A stretch of 64,000 nucleotides of DNA from Candidatus Lindowbacteria bacterium RIFCSPLOWO2_12_FULL_62_27 (GTDB lineage Bacteria; Lindowbacteria; 2-12-FULL-62-27). The translations under genes were made by a program, and so were the position numbers. Numbering within the stretch: position 1 is the first letter of the stretch; each line of letters begins with the position of its first letter. The stretch spans positions 1 to 64,000 of the forward strand of contig MFPR01000002.1 of NCBI GenBank assembly GCA_001784175.1. The letters are read 5' to 3'. Below the pieces are notes generated by a model. The model did no database searches. It saw nothing but the letters and a program-made list of their open reading frames with translations, and had not been told where the DNA came from. Of this stretch, positions 36,297 through 43,823 are shown in pieces.

Positions 36297-37543
36297 GAAA
36301 CCGGGGCGAGATGGGCTGCCACGTCGGTGGCGTAGGCTTTAATGGCCGGGACGATGCCGACGGCGCCGCCGAGCGCGACCGCGCCGATGGGACCGAGGAT
36401 GAGGGCGGGGTGGAAGTAGAGCGCGTCGAGGACGACGCCGGTTTGGGCACGAATGACCGCGGCTGCGCCGGCCAGGAGCGCGCCGTAGACGAGGAAGCTT
36501 GCGGCGGCGCCCAGGGCGGTGATGGCGGCGGATTCGATGACGACGGCGGAGAAGACCGTTCGGCGCCGCGCGCCGAGGGCGCGGAGGATCGCGAAGTCCC
36601 GGCGGCGTTCCTGGATGGTGTTGTAGACGCCGGCGAACACGGTGGCGCCGGCGACTCCCACGATGAGCCATGCGACCATCTGAAGGATGCGGTACATCCA
36701 GCCCATTTTATCAAAGAGTTCCGCCATGACCAGCCCGATGGGCCAGGCAAGGGTGGCGACACGACCCTGCCGGTTGATGGACTGATCGAGCATGAAGCCG
36801 GCTTGGGGGTTGCGGAGTTTGAGCATGACGGCGCTGACTTCCTTGTGCTCAGCCGGAATTTCCTCCCCGGGTCGGGGCTGGTAGGTTTCACCGGTTCCGC
36901 GGAGGACATGTCCGGTCATATGAAACACACCATCGATGGGAATCCAGATGACGCGATCGGATGGGGAATGGGACGTTTGAAGGACGCCGGCGACGACAAA
37001 TTCGTCGGCGTGGCGCATGTTCTCGTCGAAGTTGACGCCATGAAAGGGGCTGAAGACCGATCCGACGCGGAGTCCGGTTTTTTCGGCGACGACCTGTCCG
37101 ATGACCGCCTCGTTTTTCGCCGGGTCAAAGGCCCGGCCGCCCGGCGCGAACTGGAATTGTGAAAAGAGGTCGCCGATGGTTCCGACGATTCGAAAGCCCA
37201 TGAAGTTGTCGCCGACCGCATACGGGATCGCCAGGCGCACCCGGGGGTCCCGGCGGATGGACTCGTAGAGGGACCAAGGGATGTTGCCGGGGGAGGTTTC
37301 GAGATGGAAGACGGTGTTGAGGACAAGCTGGATCTGGCTGCCGCGAGCGCCGAGGACGGCGTCGAATCCGACGGGTCCGCCGGTGAATGCGCGATAGGTC
37401 TGAGCGTTGATGCTGAAGACGGCCATGAGGAGGCCGACGGCCAGCGCAACGGATGCGGCGGTGACGAGGGTCGACACGGCGTGCTGCCGGAGGCTTCGCC
37501 GGACGATGAGCGTAATTGCGCGGAGCGTGGCCCCCGTCATCAT
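36293..37543 (-). CDS. ABC transporter permease (MacB/FtsX family)
   Basis: DAVLGARGSQIQLVLNTVFH, ERRRDFAILRALGA; ATGA overlaps on both sides. Confidence 0.9.
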   Translation of the reverse strand: MMTGATLRAITLIVRRSLRQHAVSTLVTAASVALAVGLLMAVFSINAQTYRAFTGGPVGFDAVLGARGSQIQLVLNTVFHLETSPGNIPWSLYESIRRDPRVRLAIPYAVGDNFMGFRIVGTIGDLFSQFQFAPGGRAFDPAKNEAVIGQVVAEKTGLRVGSVFSPFHGVNFDENMRHADEFVVAGVLQTSHSPSDRVIWIPIDGVFHMTGHVLRGTGETYQPRPGEEIPAEHKEVSAVMLKLRNPQAGFMLDQSINRQGRVATLAWPIGLVMAELFDKMGWMYRILQMVAWLIVGVAGATVFAGVYNTIQERRRDFAILRALGARRRTVFSAVVIESAAITALGAAASFLVYGALLAGAAAVIRAQTGVVLDALYFHPALILGPIGAVALGGAVGIVPAIKAYATDVAAHLAPVS

Positions 37544-38223
37544 GCTGATTTGGCCGAATCCATCGCGCGGTTCATGGCGGCGAGCGAAACGACCGACTCG
37601 AACCCGGCCAGAATTTCGCGATCGTGCGTGACGAGCAGGAGCGCCGCCCCGGTTTCCGCGCATACTTCCCGGATCAGCGCCAGCGCCTCCCGCGCGTTGG
37701 CCGGGTCGAGATGGCCGGTCGGCTCGTCCGCCAGGACGAGGCTGGGTTGGTTGGCGAGCGCGCGCGCGATCGCGACGCGCTGCTGCTGCCCGCTGGACAA
37801 CTGCCGCGGCCGGTCGTTCAAGCGATCGCGGAGTCCGACGCGATCGAGGAGCGCCCGGGCGCGAGGCGGGTCCATGCCGCGTCCGAAGGCCATGGCGAGG
37901 AGAACGTTTTCGATGGCCGAGAATCCCTGGAGGAGGTTGAAGGTCTGGTGGATGTATCCAATGGATCGCCCCCGGCATTTGTCCCGGCCCGCCTCCGACA
38001 GCTTTGCCATGTCCCGCCCGCCCACCAGGATTTGTCCGGCGTCGGCCGCGAGAATGCCGGAGATCAGGTTCAAGAGCGTCGTTTTGCCAAGCCCGCTTTC
38101 TCCCATGACGGCCGTCTGGGCGCCGGCGGGGAGATTGAATCTCTGGATGTCGATGACCGGGCGCAGGCAAGCGTCCGGCGACAAAAAGCTTTTCTTTAGT
38201 TCAAGTAATTCAAGAATGTCCAT
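37540..38223 (-). CDS. ABC transporter ATP-binding protein (LolD-like)
   Basis: GESGLGKTT, LSSGQQQRVAIARAL, LADEPTG, VTHD. Confidence 0.93.
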   Translation of the reverse strand: MDILELLELKKSFLSPDACLRPVIDIQRFNLPAGAQTAVMGESGLGKTTLLNLISGILAADAGQILVGGRDMAKLSEAGRDKCRGRSIGYIHQTFNLLQGFSAIENVLLAMAFGRGMDPPRARALLDRVGLRDRLNDRPRQLSSGQQQRVAIARALANQPSLVLADEPTGHLDPANAREALALIREVCAETGAALLLVTHDREILAGFESVVSLAAMNRAMDSAKSA

Positions 38224-38797
38224 GCGAGTCGGCCGGCTGGCCGCGGTAGCGGAGGACGCGGGCGGGGTTGCCGACGACGATGGCGTTGGGTTCGACGTCC
38301 TTGATGACAACCGACCCCGAGCCGATCACGGCCCCCCGGCCGACGCGGACGCCCTTGCCGATAAAGACGTTGGACCCGATGAACACGTCGTCCTCGATGA
38401 TGACTTCCTTGCCGACGCGGCCCTGCGTGAGGATGGGAATGCCGGGGTCATCGAAGACGTGGTCGTCGGACATGATGGTGGTTCGGTGACCCATGAGGAC
38501 GAAATTGCCGATGCGGATGCGGCCGTAGGCGTTGAAGTGGCAATACTCGTTGATCCAGCAATTTTTGCCGATGGCGAGCCGCCATGGGTAGTAGACGGTG
38601 AGGCCGTCGCGGAGCCAGGAGAATTTCACGTCGGCGCCAAACAGCCAGAGGACCGCGAGCCGCAAGAAATCACCGACGGGCGACGGCAGGAATTTGACGA
38701 TGCCGAACAGGTTGTGAAAGAGACCCTGTCGAATGAAGGCCGAAACGGGCACCGTTGAAAAGAGCGTGCTGTCGCGATCTGCGTCTTTGGAGATCAC
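38210..38797 (-). CDS. Hexapeptide-repeat (LbH) O-acyltransferase
   Basis: VIIEDDVFIGSNVFI..GAVIGSGSVVIKDV...VGNPAR. Confidence 0.9.
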   Translation of the reverse strand: MISKDADRDSTLFSTVPVSAFIRQGLFHNLFGIVKFLPSPVGDFLRLAVLWLFGADVKFSWLRDGLTVYYPWRLAIGKNCWINEYCHFNAYGRIRIGNFVLMGHRTTIMSDDHVFDDPGIPILTQGRVGKEVIIEDDVFIGSNVFIGKGVRVGRGAVIGSGSVVIKDVEPNAIVVGNPARVLRYRGQPADSHGHS

Positions 38798-38818
38798 GAC
38801 AGAGATAAAAGCATAAAA

Positions 38819-39523
38819 TCACGCAAAGCGCCAGAAGATGAGCGTCCCCAGGGCGCGGAGTCCGTCCCAGGCGGTGATTTTTTTACCCTCGGCGCGCGAT
38901 CTCGGCGTGTAGCGGATCGGGACCTCGAGGATGGGAACGCGGCGCCGGAGGAGTTTGGCGGTGATTTCGGGTTCGATGTTGAATCGATCCGAGCGCAGGT
39001 CGAGGTCCAACAGGATCGCGCGTTTCATCATCTTGCAGCCGGTTTCCATGTCGGAGATGCGGCGGCCGTAGAGGAGAAAGACGACGGCGTTGAGGAAGAG
39101 GTTGCCCCAGTAATACAGGACGGAATATCGCGGGTTGTCCGTGAGGTTCCGGCTGCCGAAGACGACTCCGGCCCGCCCCTGGCGGATCGGTTCCATGAGC
39201 GCGGGCAGGTCGGCCGGATCGTATTCGAGGTCAGCGTCCTGGATGACGACGACGTCTCCGGTGGCGGCGCCGAGCGCGGTGCGGACGGCGGCGGCTTTGC
39301 CGAGGTTGCGGTCGTGGCGGAAGATTCGGATGTCGAACCGCGGCGCGAGGCCGTGGGTTTCCGCGTTCTGAAGGATGCTGAAGCTGTCGTCGGATGACGC
39401 GTCGTCGACGAAGATCAGCTGCACCTCCGTGTCCGGCATGGTGAGGCGGTCCAGCCGGCGCAGAAGTTCCGGGAGGAGGCGGGATTCGTTGAAGACGGGG
39501 ATGAGGATGGAGAGGCGGATCAT
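38819..39523 (-). CDS. Glycosyltransferase family 2 (DPM1-like)
   Basis: LIPVFNE, VDDASSD, NLGK, IQDADLEYDP, SDMETGCK; ATGA overlap with comEC. Confidence 0.92.
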   Translation of the reverse strand: MIRLSILIPVFNESRLLPELLRRLDRLTMPDTEVQLIFVDDASSDDSFSILQNAETHGLAPRFDIRIFRHDRNLGKAAAVRTALGAATGDVVVIQDADLEYDPADLPALMEPIRQGRAGVVFGSRNLTDNPRYSVLYYWGNLFLNAVVFLLYGRRISDMETGCKMMKRAILLDLDLRSDRFNIEPEITAKLLRRRVPILEVPIRYTPRSRAEGKKITAWDGLRALGTLIFWRFA

Positions 39524-41610
39524 TCTTCGAGGGATTCCTGGAGCGCAGTGGTGTGGGTCCAGCGGGTATTGTCCAAGCGGCAGATGCGGAGGCGGCCGTC
39601 GATGGAGGCGGCGAGCGGGTCGGGGATGCCGGCCTGTTCGAGGTCCGCGAAGATTGGTTTGAGTTTTTCCGGCGAGATCGCGCCGGCCAGAAACACGTGG
39701 TCCGGGTGGAGGCCATCGGGTATTTTGAGTGTTTCGCCGGCCACCGGTTTGGCGGCAAGCCACGTTTGTGTTTTCGCCCGGGTCTTTTTGAACTGTATTT
39801 TGTCGGGCTTTCCGAATTCGGAATAGACCACACGGAGTCCCTGGCCTGTCCATACGAACCCGCCGTCCGGCGGGACGTGGAGTCCATCGACGGGCGTTTT
39901 CTGATCGACGAGTTTGAATTCATTTTTCAGAATCTCTGTCGCCTGCGGTTGAGCCTCGATGTTATCTATCCGCGTCACTCCCGCTCTCAGCCATTCCTGG
40001 ACCATCGGTTTCAGCGCCGAGCCCGTCTCACCGGGTGGCAGGTCCACCCGGGCAAAGAGTATCCGGTTGCCCTTTCTCAGGTCGACGTACGGCACGCGGT
40101 CGCCGCCCATTTCGATGCAGAACGGCGCGACGCTGTTTCGGGCGAGCGGGAAGAGGGCCAGGCAGAGGAGGAAGCCGGCGCTGCCGATGGCCCAGTTTCG
40201 GGGCGTGCCGGGGATGAGGAACAGGAAAAAGGTCCAGGACGCCAGAAACGGAATCAAAAACCAGAGCGGCAGATGGCCGAAATTCGATGAGATGGACAGA
40301 AGTTCCGGCAGGTCGCCGAGGAAGTAGAGAGTCGCCTCGAGGCAGACATCGCCGGCCGAGAAGACCCAGCCGGCCAGGGCGGGCGAGACCCCCGCGAGCG
40401 CGGCGCCGACGGCTGCGAGGCCGATCAGGAGGGTGAAGAGGGGCAGGAAGACGAGGTTGGACAGCACGGAGAGGAGGGACCACCTGAAAAAGAGGTGCGC
40501 GGTGAGCGGCGCGGTGAAGACCTGGATCATGAGAAGGGGCAGTACGGTTTTTGTCCATGCGGGCGCTTCGACGAACTGATTGCGAGTTCTGTCGAAGAGG
40601 GGTCTCAGCGCGATTGCGCTGAGCGAGATGCCGAGGATGGCGAGGTAGGAGAGCTGGAATCCCAGGTGCCCGAGGTGTTCGGGAAAGGCGATGAATTCGA
40701 TCACAAAGGATGCGGCGGTGATGTGAAGGAGCCGGACGGGCCGGTTGAGGAGTGTGGCGAGGAGCGTGAGGGTCGTGGCGATCGCCGCGCGAACGACGGA
40801 GGGCTGGAGGCCGACGATCACGCAGAATCCGACGACCGCCGCGCAGGTGAGGGCCGCCGCGGCGGTGCGATCCAGAAGGGGCGCGAGGAGGAAAAAGAGC
40901 ACGGCCGCGAGGAGCGTGGTGTGCATGCCCGACACCGCGATGATGTGCGTGAGCCCGTGATCCTGAAGGATGCGGAGCGTTCGCGGATCGAGGTCCGAGC
41001 GTTTGCCGAAGAGTTCAGCGCGAGCGAATGCCAGGAATGCGGGCGGCGGCCGGGCCTCGATGAGTGCCCGGTCGATCCGGTCGCGAACGGCCAGACACAC
41101 CCGGCGGATTTGCTCGATGGGTCCGGGCGCCACGACCGGCCCAACCAGGGGTTCCCAGTGAGCGGGCACGAGCCGGCGGCCGTGCGCGACGCCATCGACG
41201 AGGATGGTCTGTCCGAGGGCCGGCGCCGATTCGAGGTTGCGCAGGGATAGGATCATGTGCAATCCCGTGTGGGGCGGCCGGGCCAGCTCGACCGACGCAT
41301 GGCGTTCGAGATAGGGATCGGACAGAACGCGCACGGCGAGGCCGTCCACCGGCCCATAGAGCTGCGCGAACCGGCGCTCCTCCAACTCCAGGGACTGCCG
41401 GGTGAGCCACAGGCCGAGGATCGCGGCGGCCATGAGGATGAACAACCACGCGGCGTGTTGGAACAATTTTTGAACATGCGCGCCGACCGCCAGCACGGCA
41501 AAGACGGCGAACAGAACAGCGACGGAATCGCCGGGAACATGGAGAAAGAATCCGAGCGATCCGCCGATCAGGAGGGCGACGGCGAGTTTGGGGAGAAAGG
41601 CTTTTGACAT
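39520..41610 (-). CDS. comEC: ComEC/Rec2 DNA-uptake channel
   Basis: GLTHIIAVSGMH, PSVVRA, GFQLSY; many TM segments. Confidence 0.9.
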   Translation of the reverse strand: MSKAFLPKLAVALLIGGSLGFFLHVPGDSVAVLFAVFAVLAVGAHVQKLFQHAAWLFILMAAAILGLWLTRQSLELEERRFAQLYGPVDGLAVRVLSDPYLERHASVELARPPHTGLHMILSLRNLESAPALGQTILVDGVAHGRRLVPAHWEPLVGPVVAPGPIEQIRRVCLAVRDRIDRALIEARPPPAFLAFARAELFGKRSDLDPRTLRILQDHGLTHIIAVSGMHTTLLAAVLFFLLAPLLDRTAAAALTCAAVVGFCVIVGLQPSVVRAAIATTLTLLATLLNRPVRLLHITAASFVIEFIAFPEHLGHLGFQLSYLAILGISLSAIALRPLFDRTRNQFVEAPAWTKTVLPLLMIQVFTAPLTAHLFFRWSLLSVLSNLVFLPLFTLLIGLAAVGAALAGVSPALAGWVFSAGDVCLEATLYFLGDLPELLSISSNFGHLPLWFLIPFLASWTFFLFLIPGTPRNWAIGSAGFLLCLALFPLARNSVAPFCIEMGGDRVPYVDLRKGNRILFARVDLPPGETGSALKPMVQEWLRAGVTRIDNIEAQPQATEILKNEFKLVDQKTPVDGLHVPPDGGFVWTGQGLRVVYSEFGKPDKIQFKKTRAKTQTWLAAKPVAGETLKIPDGLHPDHVFLAGAISPEKLKPIFADLEQAGIPDPLAASIDGRLRICRLDNTRWTHTTALQESLEE

Positions 41611-41611
41611 A

Positions 41612-42226
41612 TCAATCGACCGTGATCAGGGCTTCGAGCCACTTGTAGGTTTTCCGGCCGACGCCCCGGACGCGCATGAGGTCCTCTTTTTTTCGAAACG
41701 GGCCGCGCGTGTCCCGGTCGGCGACGATTCGGCGCGCAGTTTCCGGGCCGATGCGCGGGAGGGTTTGAAGGGCTTCAGCGGATGCGCGATTGATGTTGAT
41801 TTTCGGGGGTCCCGCCTCCCCGGCGAGCGCCCCGCCCGGCGCGGCCGTGGACCGGATGCGGACGCGCTGGAGCGCGTCGTCGGACAGGGCGACGCGCCCG
41901 GCGACCATGCGGAGGTTGGCGGGCACATGGACTTCGTCGCCGTCCTGGAGCGCGCGCGTGTAATCGGCATGATCGATGTAGGCGTTGGGTCTGGGCCGGA
42001 CGATTTCAAAGAGACCCTTGAGGCGTGTTCCCTCGATCAATTTGATCGGGCCGGCGCGTTCGACCTCGCCCGTCACGATCACGGCGATGGTGCGAATGTT
42101 CCCGGCGGACTCCGGGCCGGCGGACCGGGGCTGCCGTTGTTCCTGCGCCGTCGTGTAGACAGCGGGCAGGGCGGGCGGATGTGCGCGCAGGACCGCGAGG
42201 GCGGCGCCGGCCATGAGGATGGCCAT
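41612..42226 (-). CDS. comEA: ComEA DNA receptor (membrane anchor, SLBB-like, HhH); start may be CTG 42274
   Basis: VIVTGEVERAG; ININRASAEALQTLPRIGPETARRIV..GPF..EDLMRVRGVG. Confidence 0.92.
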   Translation of the reverse strand: MAILMAGAALAVLRAHPPALPAVYTTAQEQRQPRSAGPESAGNIRTIAVIVTGEVERAGPIKLIEGTRLKGLFEIVRPRPNAYIDHADYTRALQDGDEVHVPANLRMVAGRVALSDDALQRVRIRSTAAPGGALAGEAGPPKININRASAEALQTLPRIGPETARRIVADRDTRGPFRKKEDLMRVRGVGRKTYKWLEALITVD

Positions 42227-42270
42227 CGACGCCTTGGAGAGATGCGACTGGCGGTGCCGGGGGTTCTTGC

Positions 42271-43767
42271 TCAGAGAAAGAATACTTTGTAGGCGAGTTC
42301 AGTACCGATGCTGTAAATTTCTTCCGGAGATTTCTCGACGGTGGTCTGGCGGGTTTTCCCCGTTTTGGTGTCGAAGACGTATGTATCGATGCGGAGCCGG
42401 CCGTCGGGGAGATCGGAGAAGAACCCGAAGATGACCTTGTTGGCGCCGAGGATTTTGGCCCACTGGCCGCCGGAATTGGTGGTGACCTGCTGGTTGCCTA
42501 TTTTCTGCGCGACCTCCACGCGGTCGATCATGTCCCATCGCTGCAAGAGTTCGTTGTAGACCATGTCGGCGATCCCGAGTTCGAGCCACGCAAAATCGCT
42601 TCGGCCGGTGAGGTTGACGAAGTTGGCGACGGCGACGCGGCTGGAGGTGGGGACGTCGGATATCGACAGTTTCTGTTCATACGACATCGCCTCCATATCG
42701 GTGGGCGCCGCCGCGGACGGGGAAAAAAACTGGGAGTACGCCGGCGCTGTGGACTTGGGGCCGCCGAGTTCGAAGGCGAGGGACGCGAAGCTGGTGTTGC
42801 CGCCGCCGTCGGGTTCGTGGCGGAGCGCGTAGTCGAATTTGAGGGGCCCGAACCGGAGCCCGGCGCCGGTGGAGAAGGTGAGGGTCGACGCGGAGAAATC
42901 GCGTTTGATTCCGCTGCGGAGCGCGAGCCCGTAGAGGGTGGGCGCGCGGCGCGTCTGGAGATACTTGAAATACCGGTCGCGCGGCGAAGTCCCCGTGGCG
43001 CCCTCGTCGAGCCGGTAGGATTTCCAGACCCACATTTCGCCGCCCAGGATGCCGTGCTGGAGCGATTCCTCATCGTCGCCGGCGACATCGACCAGGAGGC
43101 GTCCCTTGTCGGAGAATTCGTACTGGAGACCGAGCCTGTAAATGAGGAGGAGGTCTTCGGTGAGGCCGGTTTTCCAGTCGACGTTTCCCGTGATGTTTTT
43201 GAGGGACAGGCCGATCGCGAGTTTCTGGGTGAGGCGGAACAGCGCGCCGACATCGACGCCGTAGCCGGACCCCTGGCCGCCGCCCGCCGTCAGGTTCGAG
43301 GTGATGTCATAGTATTTGAGGTTGGCGCCGAGGTAGAAGTTCCGGATCAGGAAGGACCGGGCCACGCTGTAGACCATGGTGGTTTCCTTGTATTCGAGCC
43401 GTCCGAGTTCCGCGAAGAGTCCGGCGGAGGAGAAATCGAAGGATATCTGATTGGTCGCGTAGGACAGCCCGTGGACGGTTTTGCCCCACGGCACCACAAA
43501 TCCGAGGTTGGTCTGGGTGATGTAGTCGAGGCCGTAGAGGTCCGTATAGAGGGAGGTGAACTGAAACCGGTCGACCGCGCCGATGCCGGCGGGGTTCCAG
43601 AAGATGGATGCGATGTCGCCGTAGGCGGCGCCGTAGGCTTCGCCCATGCTCTGGGGGGTGACGGAGAAATACTCGTCGTATCCGCCGAGGGCGTGGGCGG
43701 GGCCGGGGAGAATACAGAAGACAGAATACAGAAGACAGAAGAGAAACAGGCATCGTTGGTAATTCAT
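42271..43767 (-). CDS. PorV/FadL-like (UPF0164-type) outer-membrane barrel fused to a C-terminal TolB_N/CsgG-like domain
   Basis: SMGEAYGAAYGDIASIFWNPAGI, LGANLKYY, GYGVDVG, FDYA; C-terminal RVAVANFVNLTG..WLELGIADM; start 43767 or 43827 (ATGA overlap with the giant gene). Confidence 0.75.
   Translation of the reverse strand: MNYQRCLFLFCLLYSVFCILPGPAHALGGYDEYFSVTPQSMGEAYGAAYGDIASIFWNPAGIGAVDRFQFTSLYTDLYGLDYITQTNLGFVVPWGKTVHGLSYATNQISFDFSSAGLFAELGRLEYKETTMVYSVARSFLIRNFYLGANLKYYDITSNLTAGGGQGSGYGVDVGALFRLTQKLAIGLSLKNITGNVDWKTGLTEDLLLIYRLGLQYEFSDKGRLLVDVAGDDEESLQHGILGGEMWVWKSYRLDEGATGTSPRDRYFKYLQTRRAPTLYGLALRSGIKRDFSASTLTFSTGAGLRFGPLKFDYALRHEPDGGGNTSFASLAFELGGPKSTAPAYSQFFSPSAAAPTDMEAMSYEQKLSISDVPTSSRVAVANFVNLTGRSDFAWLELGIADMVYNELLQRWDMIDRVEVAQKIGNQQVTTNSGGQWAKILGANKVIFGFFSDLPDGRLRIDTYVFDTKTGKTRQTTVEKSPEEIYSIGTELAYKVFFL
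43710..43744. repeat. 7-bp tandem repeat (GAATACA GAAGACA)x2 GAAGAGA encoding the signal-peptide h-region on the minus strand
   Basis: Same units as the array upstream of rho. Confidence 0.85.
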
Positions 43768-43777
43768 GCGCAGGAAT

Positions 43778-43806
43778 ATTGTGTACGGGATAAACAGTGA
43801 AGTCAA
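43778..43806 (-). promoter_or_regulatory. Putative internal sigma70 promoter TTGACT-17-CACAAT
   Basis: ATG 43767 follows 10 nt after the -10 hexamer. Confidence 0.4.
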
Positions 43807-43823
43807 GGCGGCCGGAGCGTGGT

